Shown piece by piece: positions 1 through 10,176 of a DNA stretch of 64,000 nucleotides. The stretch spans positions 1,440,001 to 1,504,000 of the forward strand of contig CAWKDB010000010.1 in assembly GCA_963848295.1 (NCBI GenBank), given 5' to 3'. The notes beneath the pieces are model-generated. The model ran no database searches and was not told where the DNA came from. It saw only the letters and a program-made list of their open reading frames with translations. Numbering within the stretch: the stretch's first letter is position 1; each line of letters opens with the position of its first letter. Origin of the DNA: an uncultured delta proteobacterium. Its GTDB lineage: Bacteria > Myxococcota_A > Polyangia > Haliangiales > Haliangiaceae. Both the position numbers and the translations under genes were made by a program.

Positions 1-78
1 TATCGACCGCTGAGCTCGCGCGCCGGTTGCCTCGTCGGTCGCGAGCAACGCATCGGCGGTCGATCGAGACCAAGTGCC

Positions 79-465
79 ATGGTTCGAACGCTCGTCGCGT
101 TGCTCGTCGTCACCGGCTGCGCCGCCGATATTCACACGCGGTTCGTCACCGGCGCTGCCGATATGCCGACCGGCACGCTCGTGTTGCTGCTGTCGCAACC
201 GGCTGGCGACCTCGATGTCTCGGTCAACGGCGTGCTGGTCTGCGAGAACGCGCACACCCAGCGCGTCGTCGTCACCAACGTCCCGGTCGGCACGGCCGAG
301 GTGATGATCGCGGCGAACGGGATCGACAAGCAATTCCACGTGTGGATCGGCAGCGATCACGCGACGACCGTGCCGCTCGGCGTCCCCGATGCGACGATCG
401 GGTTCTTGAAGACGTTGCTCGGAACGGTGCTGACGCTCGTCGCGTATCAGCTGATCCACGGGTAG
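79..465 (+). CDS. Hypothetical lipoprotein with C-terminal TM helix
   Basis: Signal peptide with lipobox-like VTGC, C-terminal hydrophobic helix, directly upstream of glnS. Confidence 0.6.
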   Translation: MVRTLVALLVVTGCAADIHTRFVTGAADMPTGTLVLLLSQPAGDLDVSVNGVLVCENAHTQRVVVTNVPVGTAEVMIAANGIDKQFHVWIGSDHATTVPLGVPDATIGFLKTLLGTVLTLVAYQLIHG

Positions 466-477
466 ACTGCGGCGGTC

Positions 478-2775
478 ATGGCTGCCGAGCGCAACGACTT
501 CATCCGCGACCTCATCGACGACGATCTTCGCGCCGGTCGCTACACCAAGGTCGCGACGCGATTCCCGCCCGAGCCGAACGGCTACTTGCACATCGGTCAC
601 GCGAAGTCGATCTGCCTGAACTTCGGCCTGGCGCGCGATTACCACGGCACGTGCAATCTGCGCTACGACGATACGAACCCGGCAAAGGAAGACGTCGAGT
701 ACGTCGACTCGATCGAGCGCGACGTGCGCTGGCTCGGCTTCGATCCCACCGCGGTGTTGTTCTCGGCCGACTATTTCCCGCGGATGTACGAGCTCGCCGA
801 ACGGCTCGTGCGCGAAGGCAAGGCATACGTGTGCGATCTCGACGACGAACAGATCCGCGCGTATCGCGGCACGCTGTCGGAGCCCGGTCGACCGAGCCCG
901 TTTCGCGATCGCGCGGTCGCCGAGAACCTCGAGCTGTTGCGCGCGATGAAAGCCGGCAAGTTCCCCGACGGCACGCGCACGCTGCGCGCGAAGATCGACA
1001 TGGCGTCGGCGAACATGAAGATGCGCGATCCGCTGCTGTACCGGATCCGCCACGCGTATCATCACCGCACCGGCGATGCGTGGTGCATCTACCCGATGTA
1101 CGACTGGGCGCATCCGATCGAGGATGGGATCGAAGGCATCACGCACTCGATCTGCACGCTCGAGTTCGAGAACAACCGCGAGCTCTACGACTGGGTGCTC
1201 GATCACACCGGACCGTGGAATCCGCGGCCGCATCAGCACGAGTTCGCCCGGCTCGCGCTCGACTACACCGTGATGAGCAAACGCAAGCTGCTGATGCTCG
1301 TCAAGGACGGCCACGTGTCGGGCTGGGATGACCCGCGGATGCCGACGCTCGCCGCGCTGCGCCGCCGCGGCTACAGCGCCGGGGCGATCCGCGCGTTCTG
1401 CGACATGATCGGTGTCGCGAAGGCGAACTCCACCGTCGACATCGCGAAGCTCGAATACTGCGTGCGCGACGACTTGAACCACAACGCGCCGCGCGTGCTC
1501 GGCGTCGTGCATCCGATCGAGGTCGAGCTCGTCGGCGCGCAGGCCGACACGTTCGAAGCGCCGGACTTCCCGCCCGATATCGGCAAGCCGGGTTCGCGGC
1601 CGTTGTCGATCTCGAACCGCATCTACATCGATCGCGACGACTGGCGCGACGATCCGCCGAAGGACTATCAGCGGCTCGCGCCGGGTCGCACGGTGCGGTT
1701 GCGTTACGCGTACTGCATCACCGCCGGCGAGGTCCTCGCGCGCGACGGCGAAGGGCGCGCGACGAAGCTACGCGCGACCGTGAACCTCGACACCAAGGGC
1801 GGCAAGAATCCGAGCGACGGCCAGAAGGTCAGTGGCGTGATCCACTGGGTCGACGCGGCGACCGCGGTCACCGCCGAGCTCCGGCTCTATTCGCACCTGT
1901 TCAAGAGCGCGAAGCCCGAAGAAGGCGGTGCCGATTTTCTCGAGCAGATCGATCCGAGCTCGCTCGAAGTGGTTCGCGGCGCGAAGCTCGAGACGTCGCT
2001 CGCGAATGCCGCCGTCGGATCGCGCTGGCAGCTCGAGCGCGTCGGCTACTTCCGCGTCGACGAAGACTCGAAGCCGGGCGCGCTCGTCTTGAATCGGATC
2101 GTCACGCTGCGTGACGTCCGGCAGGCAACGATGCGCGGCGTCGCTGGCGCCCTGGACAGCCCCATCGGTGGGGTGATGATCAACGCGAAGGCCAAGACGC
2201 GGCCGAAGAGCAAGTCGCCGGCTGAATATCGCGCCGAGGCGCGCGTGCGCCACCCCGAGCTCGCCGCGGCGTACGCGAACGCGAAGGCGCTCGGGCTCGC
2301 GGACGATCAGGCCGACTTGCTGAGCGGCGACGCGACGATCGCGCAGCTATTCGAAGCGACCGCCGCCGCGACGCATCTCCCCGACCTCGCGGCGAAGTGG
2401 ATGATCAACGAGCTACCGCGCGCGCTCGGCGACCGCGAGCTCGCCGACGTCGCACTCGATGCGAGCCGGTTCGCGGAGCTGATCGAACTACTCGGCTCGT
2501 CGGCGATCACCGCGACCGTCGGTAAGACCGTGCTCGCCGAGATGATCGCGACCGGCAAGCGCGCCGGCGAGCTGTCCGCCGTGCACGCGTCGCCGGCAGC
2601 GACCGATCTCGCGCCCGCGATCGACGCGGTGATCGCGGCGAACCCGGACAAGGCGGCGCAGTACAAGGCGGGCAAGACCGGGCTGCTCGGGTTCTTCGTC
2701 GGCCAAGTGATGAAAGCCACGCCGAACGCCGACGCCGCCGCCGTGAACCGCGCGGTCCGTCAACGCCTCGAGTAG
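478..2775 (+). CDS. glnS: Glutamine--tRNA ligase with C-terminal YqeY/GatB-like domain
   Basis: TRFPPEPNGYLHIGH, MSKR, GWDDPRMPT, GVIHWV, ERVGYF motifs; C-terminal YKAGKTGLLGFFVGQVMK typical of YqeY. Confidence 0.97.
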   Translation: MAAERNDFIRDLIDDDLRAGRYTKVATRFPPEPNGYLHIGHAKSICLNFGLARDYHGTCNLRYDDTNPAKEDVEYVDSIERDVRWLGFDPTAVLFSADYFPRMYELAERLVREGKAYVCDLDDEQIRAYRGTLSEPGRPSPFRDRAVAENLELLRAMKAGKFPDGTRTLRAKIDMASANMKMRDPLLYRIRHAYHHRTGDAWCIYPMYDWAHPIEDGIEGITHSICTLEFENNRELYDWVLDHTGPWNPRPHQHEFARLALDYTVMSKRKLLMLVKDGHVSGWDDPRMPTLAALRRRGYSAGAIRAFCDMIGVAKANSTVDIAKLEYCVRDDLNHNAPRVLGVVHPIEVELVGAQADTFEAPDFPPDIGKPGSRPLSISNRIYIDRDDWRDDPPKDYQRLAPGRTVRLRYAYCITAGEVLARDGEGRATKLRATVNLDTKGGKNPSDGQKVSGVIHWVDAATAVTAELRLYSHLFKSAKPEEGGADFLEQIDPSSLEVVRGAKLETSLANAAVGSRWQLERVGYFRVDEDSKPGALVLNRIVTLRDVRQATMRGVAGALDSPIGGVMINAKAKTRPKSKSPAEYRAEARVRHPELAAAYANAKALGLADDQADLLSGDATIAQLFEATAAATHLPDLAAKWMINELPRALGDRELADVALDASRFAELIELLGSSAITATVGKTVLAEMIATGKRAGELSAVHASPAATDLAPAIDAVIAANPDKAAQYKAGKTGLLGFFVGQVMKATPNADAAAVNRAVRQRLE

Positions 2776-2808
2776 CGCACGTGCCCGAGGCCGGGCTACC
2801 ATCGACCG

Positions 2809-3519
2809 ATGTGGAGGCTCGCGATCGCGATCGGGTTCGCCGCATGCGCGGGCAATAGCTCGGCGCTGCCCCACGTCGACGCGAGCCCGGATGGTGCGGG
2901 CGATGGCGCCACCCACGACGGTGATCCCGGGGGCGTCGCGTGCTCGAACGGACGCGTCGTCTACCTCAACTACGGCCCGCAGACGCTGACGTTCGGATCG
3001 AGCGATGCGACGCTGAATCGCGCCGCGTGGCTCGGCGTTGCCTCGGGGACGAGCCCGGCGTTCGCGGGCGGCAACACGACCGACGCCGAGATCGTCACCG
3101 ATGCGGTGCGCGCGGCGCTGGCATCGTTTCCGATCACCATCGTGACGACGCGGCCCGCCTCCGGCCCCTACGTCATGATCGTGTTTGGCGGCGTCGCGGC
3201 GGACTACAACGTGCCGTACCTCTACGGCGCGAACACCCAGGACTGCGGCGATCTCGTGAAGAGCGACGTCGGCTGGATCTCCGACTCGGTTCCGAGCGTG
3301 CAGAAGGCCGCGGACTTCGCGATCGGCGCGATCGGCTACGGTCTCGGCCTATCGGCCACCAGCGACCCGAACGACTGCATGTGCAGCTGGGGGAACTCGT
3401 GTACGCAAGGCGCAGGGCCGTGCACGCTCGGCGCCTCCGAAACGGCGACGATCGCGTGCGCCGGTGCGACGAACCCGCAGGATGAAGTCACGGGCTTTCG
3501 CAAAGCGTTCTGCGAATAG
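2809..3519 (+). CDS. Hypothetical Cys-rich lipoprotein
   Basis: Lipobox FAAC, D/G-rich linker, Cys-rich C-terminus. Confidence 0.65.
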   Translation: MWRLAIAIGFAACAGNSSALPHVDASPDGAGDGATHDGDPGGVACSNGRVVYLNYGPQTLTFGSSDATLNRAAWLGVASGTSPAFAGGNTTDAEIVTDAVRAALASFPITIVTTRPASGPYVMIVFGGVAADYNVPYLYGANTQDCGDLVKSDVGWISDSVPSVQKAADFAIGAIGYGLGLSATSDPNDCMCSWGNSCTQGAGPCTLGASETATIACAGATNPQDEVTGFRKAFCE

Positions 3520-3524
3520 CCACG

Positions 3525-4397
3525 TCAGATCACGCGCAGACGGCCACCGCTGAACACCGGCTCGGCCGCAGCGTGGCGGGTGCGCGGCTCGACGATTGCC
3601 GCCGGGCGGATCTCGGCGGCGCGCTCGGTCCACGCGCGCTGGACGTCGCGATCGAGCAAGTGGCTCGGCCGGACGTTGCGGAGCGCGTTGAGCATGACCG
3701 CGCGGACGTGCGGATGATCGCGCTCGAGCGTGTCGATCAATGACGTCATCGCGTCGCGCTTGAGGCCGTCCTGCGAGCCACACAGCTTGCACGGGATGAT
3801 CGAGAACGCGAGCTCACCGGCGAGCGCTGCGATGTCGCGCTCGGCGCATTCGATCAGCGGGCGAATGACGTCGAACCGGCCGTCGTCGGTGCGATAGCTC
3901 GCCGGCATCGCCTGCAGCTTGCCGCTGTAGAACAGGTTGAGCAGGAACGTCTCGAGCGAATCATCGCGGTGATGACCGAGCGCGAGCTTGTTGCAGCCGA
4001 GCCGTTCGGCGGCGGTGTAGAGGATGCCGCGGCGCAGCCGCGAGCACAGCGAGCAGTAGGTCGCGCGATCGTCGAGGTGCGACGTGACGACCGAGTACGT
4101 GTCCTCGCGCAAGATCTCGAACGGCCAGCCCGATGCGGCCAGGTACGCGCGCAAGCCGGCGCCGTCGTAGCCGGGTTGCGCCTGATCGAGGTGGACCGCG
4201 ACGAGCTCGACCTCGAACGGCAGCCGCGGCACGAGCTTGGTCAGCAAGTGAAACAGCGTGTAGCTGTCCTTGCCGCCAGACATCGCGACCATGATCCGAT
4301 CGCCGGGCGCGAGCAGCTCGTAGCGCTCGCACGTCTCGCGCACGTCGCGATAGAGCAGCTTCTCGAGTCGGGCGGACGCAGCCATGGCGCGAGTCAT
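3525..4397 (-). CDS. ttcA: tRNA 2-thiocytidine(32) synthetase
   Basis: SGGKDS PP-loop, CSLCSRLRRG, LGHHRDD, C-terminal CKLCGSQ. Confidence 0.95.
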   Translation of the reverse strand: MTRAMAASARLEKLLYRDVRETCERYELLAPGDRIMVAMSGGKDSYTLFHLLTKLVPRLPFEVELVAVHLDQAQPGYDGAGLRAYLAASGWPFEILREDTYSVVTSHLDDRATYCSLCSRLRRGILYTAAERLGCNKLALGHHRDDSLETFLLNLFYSGKLQAMPASYRTDDGRFDVIRPLIECAERDIAALAGELAFSIIPCKLCGSQDGLKRDAMTSLIDTLERDHPHVRAVMLNALRNVRPSHLLDRDVQRAWTERAAEIRPAAIVEPRTRHAAAEPVFSGGRLRVI

Positions 4398-4415
4398 ACT
4401 CGATTTCGGCGCGGT

Positions 4416-6230
4416 CTACGGCGGTATTACGAGCGGAGAAAAGCTCTCTGGCGTGGTCAGCCACAGCCAGTCGCGCGCCCGGGTCGCCGCGACGTACAAC
4501 GCGCGAGCGAGCTCCGGCGCGCCGGCCGGATAGAACCCTGCGGTGAGGTCCGGAATCACGACGGCATCGAACTCGAGGCCCGACACCGCGGCGGCGGTCG
4601 TCACGATCACCCCGGGTTCGAACCGAAAGTCGCCATCGAGCACGAGCGCGGCGTCGACCCCGCGGGTCAGCTCGGCGTGGAGCCGGCGCGCGTGCTCGGG
4701 GTTGCGCGCGATGACCGCGATCTGCCGCCACGGATCGCGATCGACGAGTGCGGCGAGCTGCCAGCACAGCTGCGCCGCCTGCGCGAGCGCGCCGGGGTAT
4801 GCGCTCGCCCACACCGCCGGATCACGGGGCGGGTCGGCCGGCAGCTGCGCGCTGCCGATCGCGAGCTCGCGCGCGAAGGCGCCGATCGCGGGCACCGAGC
4901 GATACGTCACCGCGAGCGTCGCTTCGGCCCAGCGCTCGACCGAAAACTCTCGCCGCGCCGCCGGCCAGCCCGCGAAGTACGCCGTCTCGTCGGTCGCCTG
5001 CCGGTGATCGCCGGCGAGCGTGACCGTGCCATCGGGGGCGAGCGCATCGCCGATCGCGGCGAGCTCCATCGGCGCGCGCAGCTGAGCTTCGTCGATCACG
5101 ATGTGATCGTAGAGCGCGGTCCGGGTCGCGGGCAGCGCACCGATGCGCATCAGCTCGAACAACACCGGCACATCGTCGGCATCGAACGTGTGCGCGTCCT
5201 CGAGCCGCCCGCCGGCATCGAGCGCCCGCCCATCGAGCGCGACCAGGCGATCGGCATCGACGTGACGGTGCGCGCGCTCGGTCGTGGTCTCGAACTGGAT
5301 GCGGGTATGCGCGATCGTCGCGGCGATCGCCCGGTCCGGCAGCACGCCGTGCGCCGCCGCGACCACGCGTTCGAGCCGATCGCGATCGCCGAAGATGTGG
5401 AGCAAGCGCTGGCGAGACCGCGGCAGCTTCTCGGCGTCGATCTCGGGCGGCGGCTTCCAATCGCGAAAGTCGCCGAGCACCTCGCGCACCGCCGGATGGC
5501 GCTTGAGTGCGGTCACCTGCGCGCGCGCCCCTTCGCTCAGCCGTTTCGGCAGGCCCGGGAACGCGCGATGCGCCCGGTCGACGAGCCAATCGTCGACGAC
5601 CGCGACATCGAGCTTCGCGATGCGCAGCCGGTCCGCGATCAGCCGCACGAGCCTGCGCAAGCCCTCGGTCGGCACGAGCACGAGCGCGCGAAAGCCCCGC
5701 TTGCCGCGCGCGCGACGCTCGAGCGCGGCGATGCGATACAGCGCGACCAGGGTCTTGCCGACGCCGGCCTCGCCGTCGACGACGAGCGACGTGTCCGCGG
5801 GCAGATCGACGGCCCGCTGCTGGTCCGGATCGAGCACCGGCAACGCGGAGCGATCGGGCGCGGGCACGTGGGCCGGCGCCGGGCGAGGCCGGAGCTCGAC
5901 CCCGGCCGCCGTCACGATCCGGTCGTCGCCGAACAGCGCCGCGCCGTGGCCCGCGATCACCCAGCGCTCGCGCACGACACCTTCCTGGCTGCGGTCGCCG
6001 ACCTCGATCGAGTATGGCTCGCCCGGCGCGCTGCGAAAGAATGCCTCGGCGAGCGGCGAGGTTCGCCAGTCGAGCAGCGGCGGCACGCCATCGGGCTGCG
6101 TGCGCGGGCCGAGCAGGAACACGCGGTCGCCTCGCGCCGTCGTCACCGCGAGGTAGCCCTGCCCCGCCGGCACCGCCGCGAGCAAGGTTGCGAGCTCATC
6201 GAGCGTGACCATGGTTGCGATGTTGCTCAC
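4416..6230 (-). CDS. SF1/UvrD-like helicase, HelD-like
   Basis: Walker A GEAGVGKT, IDEAQ, GLEFDAV, LYVAATRA; N-terminal LLDWRTSPLA motif. Start may be the ATG at 6212. Confidence 0.8.
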   Translation of the reverse strand: MSNIATMVTLDELATLLAAVPAGQGYLAVTTARGDRVFLLGPRTQPDGVPPLLDWRTSPLAEAFFRSAPGEPYSIEVGDRSQEGVVRERWVIAGHGAALFGDDRIVTAAGVELRPRPAPAHVPAPDRSALPVLDPDQQRAVDLPADTSLVVDGEAGVGKTLVALYRIAALERRARGKRGFRALVLVPTEGLRRLVRLIADRLRIAKLDVAVVDDWLVDRAHRAFPGLPKRLSEGARAQVTALKRHPAVREVLGDFRDWKPPPEIDAEKLPRSRQRLLHIFGDRDRLERVVAAAHGVLPDRAIAATIAHTRIQFETTTERAHRHVDADRLVALDGRALDAGGRLEDAHTFDADDVPVLFELMRIGALPATRTALYDHIVIDEAQLRAPMELAAIGDALAPDGTVTLAGDHRQATDETAYFAGWPAARREFSVERWAEATLAVTYRSVPAIGAFARELAIGSAQLPADPPRDPAVWASAYPGALAQAAQLCWQLAALVDRDPWRQIAVIARNPEHARRLHAELTRGVDAALVLDGDFRFEPGVIVTTAAAVSGLEFDAVVIPDLTAGFYPAGAPELARALYVAATRARDWLWLTTPESFSPLVIPP

Positions 6231-6291
6231 GCCGCGCCGGATCGCAAGCTGGTATGCCGTTGGCGACGGCGGTACGATCTATAGTGTGGCG

Positions 6292-7233
6292 ATGCGCCGG
6301 CTCGCTCTCGTTGTCGCGGCCGGCTGTAACAGCGGGCCGACCGGCCCGGTGTACCTCGACGCACCGAAGCCGCTCGACGCGCCGGACCATCCAGGCGCCG
6401 GGCCCGGCGGCGGCTTGCTGGGCGAGCTGCGGTTCGCGATCTGCGGCGACACCCGACCGGCGGTGATCGATGACACGCCGAACTATCCGACCGCGGTCGC
6501 GGCGCAGGTCTGGGCCGATGTCGCCGCGCTGTCGCCGCTACCGCAGTTCGCGGTGACGACCGGCGACTATCAGTTCGCTTCGACCGATGGCTCGGAGCAG
6601 GCGCCGCAGCTCGATCTCTATCTGTCGGCGCGTGCCGCGTTTCCGAACTTCATGTACCCGACGATGGGCAACCACGAGTGCACCGGGTTTACCGACTCGA
6701 ACTGCGGGCCCGGCGCTCAAGATGGCGAGCCGCCGAACTACACCGTGTTCATGCAGAAGATGATCATGCCGATCGGCGAGGCGACGCCGTACTACATCGA
6801 GCGGTTCGCCGCGCAAGACGGCAGCTGGACCGCGAAGCTCGTCGACATCGCCGCGAACGCCTGGACGTTGCAGCAAGCCGCTTGGCTCGACGCGGTGCTG
6901 AGCGAGCCGACGACGTACACGTTCGTCGCGCGTCACGAGCCGATCGACGCGACCACCGCGCCGGGCGTGACGCCGAGCACCCAGATCATCGCGAGGCATC
7001 CGCTGACGTTGTTGATCACCGGCCACACGCATACGTACGCGCACGACCCCGCGTACAGGCAGATCATCGTCGGCAACGGCGGCGCTCCGCTGACGAGCGG
7101 CGCGGACTACGGCTACGTCATCGTCGTGCGCCAACCCGACGCGACGCTTCAGGTCACGTCGTACGACTACTTGAACGGGCCGATCCTGGAGCAGTTCGTG
7201 ATCAGCGCCGATGGCCTCGAGCACACGAACTGA
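6292..7233 (+). CDS. Calcineurin-like metallophosphoesterase lipoprotein
   Basis: GDTR, TGD, GNHE, GHTH motifs; lipobox AAGC after ATG at 6292. Confidence 0.85.
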   Translation: MRRLALVVAAGCNSGPTGPVYLDAPKPLDAPDHPGAGPGGGLLGELRFAICGDTRPAVIDDTPNYPTAVAAQVWADVAALSPLPQFAVTTGDYQFASTDGSEQAPQLDLYLSARAAFPNFMYPTMGNHECTGFTDSNCGPGAQDGEPPNYTVFMQKMIMPIGEATPYYIERFAAQDGSWTAKLVDIAANAWTLQQAAWLDAVLSEPTTYTFVARHEPIDATTAPGVTPSTQIIARHPLTLLITGHTHTYAHDPAYRQIIVGNGGAPLTSGADYGYVIVVRQPDATLQVTSYDYLNGPILEQFVISADGLEHTN

Positions 7234-7306
7234 CCGCCGATTCGTGAACGCCGGGCGGTCGGAATTCTACGACGGCGCGACGTGGACCGATCTCAGCCCG
7301 TCGTGA

Positions 7307-8866
7307 TCACGGCACGAGGTGCGGCGGCGTCGCGGGCAACCCCGGCACGCTCGCGCCGGAGTCGGGCCCGAACCTGCGATCGTGGTCGCGCAGTCGCCAA
7401 TCGTCGACCTGATCGCGCGGGTGCATCGGCCCGTCGAACGAGAGCGAGAACGCGGCGTCGAAGTCGGTCGTGCCGCGCGTGCGGACGAAGATCGTCTTGC
7501 GGTTGTACGGCAGGAAGAACATCAGGAACGGGAAGAAGTTCTTCACGACGACGATGTCGGCGCGCCACGGATCGAGCCCGACCTCGGTGTAGAACGACGG
7601 GCGCATCACCATCGCCGGGCCCTCGACGACCACGAGCCGGAGATGGTCGATGACGAGCACGACGGTTCGGCCGAAGCCACGGCGCTCGTGCTTGCTCGCG
7701 ATCGTGCCGCGCACGGGTAGCGGCATCGAGTGGGCCGGATCGAGCGTGCCACCGATCGTCAGCGTGACGACATCGCCGGGCGCGCGGCTCCACAGCGTCG
7801 CGATCGCTTGCGGGTCGCGCACGGCCGCGTACGTCTTCAGGCCGCTGCCCTCTTCGAGCAACGCGCGCAACAAGTGTGTCGAGTCGCCGGGCGCGCCGGC
7901 GGTGACGACGTCCGACGCATCGGCCATCATCACGCACCCGAGCTTGCGTCGGAGCCTGGCCTTGCGCGCCGACGCGATCGCTTCGCTCGCCGATGGAAAC
8001 TCCGGCGGCTGCGCGTGACGCCGCGCCCAGCACAGCTCGGCGAGCTCGTCGGCGAGACGATCGGCGGCACCGTAGTCGCGATCGCTGACCGCGTAGGTCG
8101 ACCAGCCGAGCGCGACGTCGTCGTTCCACGGGTGGCACATGAACGTCGACGCCGACAGCACGTCGCCTCTGCGCTCGCTGCGCTTCATCCGGCGAAACAC
8201 GTGACGCATCGGCGACAGAAAATCGATGGTGTTGCCGCCGCCGAGCAGCATCGGCAGTGACCGCCACGACACTTTCGGCTTGATCTCGCCGAGCACCATC
8301 CCGATCGCGAGGTCGCCGGCTTTGCGCCCGGTCCGCGCGTGATCGCGATGCGGGTTCGTCTGGTAGCCCACGATCGCGTCGGCGGTCTCGACTCGCGCCC
8401 GGGTCAGATTCGCGTGCAGATCGTGCGACACGACGATCGGCGCGCCGCCGAGCACGCTGCGAGCCGCACGCAGCAAGCGCGAATCCGGGTCGCGGACGCC
8501 CTTCGCGCCCATCGCGCCGTGCATGCAGAAGTACATGCCGTCGAGCGGACCTGCCGCGCGTAGTTGCTCGACGAGACGACCTTGCAGGTCGTCGAACGAG
8601 GCGGCGTCGACCGGGCCACCCGACATCGCCCACGCCGACAAGATCGGGACCGGTTCGATCTCGGCCTTGCGCGCGCGCACCGCGGCCATGAACCCGGTCA
8701 GCTCCGCGCGCTTGAACATGCCGGCGATCTCGGGGCCGTTTGCGGCGGCGGCCAGCAACGCCGACCCTTCGAGATAATGCGCGGCCTCGAAGTCACCGAG
8801 CGTCGTCGCGACCGGCGACAACGCGTTCGACTCCTGAGCGATCCGGGCGAACGCAATGCGCTTCAC
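7307..8866 (-). CDS. M81 family (MlrC-like) metallopeptidase
   Basis: QESNALSP, MHGAM, DLHAN, YQTNPHRD, GAPGD motifs. Confidence 0.9.
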   Translation of the reverse strand: MKRIAFARIAQESNALSPVATTLGDFEAAHYLEGSALLAAAANGPEIAGMFKRAELTGFMAAVRARKAEIEPVPILSAWAMSGGPVDAASFDDLQGRLVEQLRAAGPLDGMYFCMHGAMGAKGVRDPDSRLLRAARSVLGGAPIVVSHDLHANLTRARVETADAIVGYQTNPHRDHARTGRKAGDLAIGMVLGEIKPKVSWRSLPMLLGGGNTIDFLSPMRHVFRRMKRSERRGDVLSASTFMCHPWNDDVALGWSTYAVSDRDYGAADRLADELAELCWARRHAQPPEFPSASEAIASARKARLRRKLGCVMMADASDVVTAGAPGDSTHLLRALLEEGSGLKTYAAVRDPQAIATLWSRAPGDVVTLTIGGTLDPAHSMPLPVRGTIASKHERRGFGRTVVLVIDHLRLVVVEGPAMVMRPSFYTEVGLDPWRADIVVVKNFFPFLMFFLPYNRKTIFVRTRGTTDFDAAFSLSFDGPMHPRDQVDDWRLRDHDRRFGPDSGASVPGLPATPPHLVP

Positions 8867-10176
8867 GCTGCGGCTCCCGGGTCGTACATCTTCGCGATCA
8901 TGTCACGTACTTTCGAAGCGACCAGCCGGCGCACCGGCATCCGCGCGGCCATGCCGTACATCGGCGCGGTTCCGGTCTTCGCGAGCTTCGGCTCGGCGCG
9001 CACCTCGGCAACCGCGGCGCGTAGATCCGACAGGTAGCGCTCGACGATCGGCGCGTGATTCGCGGTGACCGTGAGATGGATCGTCGCCGGCCGATGCTGG
9101 CGATCGACGCTCCAGCCGCGCGCTTCGAGCCGATCGGCGACCGCGTAGACGTCCACGCCGAGCGCCGCATAGCTGACGATCGTCGAGTGCGACGGCAACA
9201 CGACGAGCCCGGGGATCGCCGCGATGCCGGCGCGCAGCGCGTCCGCAGCATCCGCCGCCTTACCGGCGAGCGCGAGGTAGCCGTCCTCGCCCAGCACTTG
9301 CAGCGCTGCCCACGCCGCCGCGATCGGACCGCCCGGCCGCGTGCCGAGCATCGTCGGCGATGCATAGATCCCGCCGGGAAAATCGGTCGCGACGAAGATC
9401 TGATGCCTCATGTCCTTCGGCGACCGCCACAGCAGCAGCGACGCGCCCTTCGCCGCGTATGCGAACTTGTGGAGGTCGGCGCTGATCGAGGTCACGCCCG
9501 GTACGCGAAAGTCCCACAGCGGCACGGGCCGGCCGAGCCGCTCGAGCCACGGCAGCTCGAACCCGCCGACGCACGCGTCGACGTGCAACGGCACGCCGCG
9601 CTTGTGCGCGAGCGCACCGAGCTCCGCGATCGGATCGACCACGCCGTGCGGATACTGCGGCGCGGATCCGACCAGGCCGATCGTCCGGCGCGTGATCGCC
9701 TTGCCCATCGCTTTGACGTCCGCGCGAAAATCAGGCCCGACATCGACCTTGACGAGCTTGACCCCGAAGTAATGCGCCGCCTTGTCGAACGCGGGGTGTA
9801 CGGTCCGCGCGACGACGAGCTCTCCCGCGCCGCGCGAGAACGCTCGCTTGCCCGCGCGGTCGCGATACGCGGCGACCGCGCACAGGATCGACTCGGTGCC
9901 GCCCGACGTCACCGCACCGGCGGCGCCCGGTCCATGGAACAGCGCCGCCGCGATAGCGACGATCTCGCGCTCGAGCTGCTTCAGGCTCGCGAACGCCATC
10001 GGGTTCAACAGATTCGCGCTCGCATACAGCGCGTGCGCGCGTTTCAGCATCGCTTCGTGCTCGTCGCCCGCGTGATAGACGAGCGAGAACACGCGACCGC
10101 CGCGCCAATCGGCGTCGGCTTTGCCGCGGCTCGCGAGCTCGGTCAGCACGTCTTCGGCGTTGCGCCCGGCGTTCAT
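8863..10176 (-). CDS. PLP-dependent group II decarboxylase, sphingosine-1-phosphate lyase-like
   Basis: TSGGTESI, HPAFDKAAHYF, SAPQYPHG, HVDACVGGF, SISADLHKF, GGIYASPT motifs. Confidence 0.88.
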   Translation of the reverse strand: MNAGRNAEDVLTELASRGKADADWRGGRVFSLVYHAGDEHEAMLKRAHALYASANLLNPMAFASLKQLEREIVAIAAALFHGPGAAGAVTSGGTESILCAVAAYRDRAGKRAFSRGAGELVVARTVHPAFDKAAHYFGVKLVKVDVGPDFRADVKAMGKAITRRTIGLVGSAPQYPHGVVDPIAELGALAHKRGVPLHVDACVGGFELPWLERLGRPVPLWDFRVPGVTSISADLHKFAYAAKGASLLLWRSPKDMRHQIFVATDFPGGIYASPTMLGTRPGGPIAAAWAALQVLGEDGYLALAGKAADAADALRAGIAAIPGLVVLPSHSTIVSYAALGVDVYAVADRLEARGWSVDRQHRPATIHLTVTANHAPIVERYLSDLRAAVAEVRAEPKLAKTGTAPMYGMAARMPVRRLVASKVRDMIAKMYDPGAAA

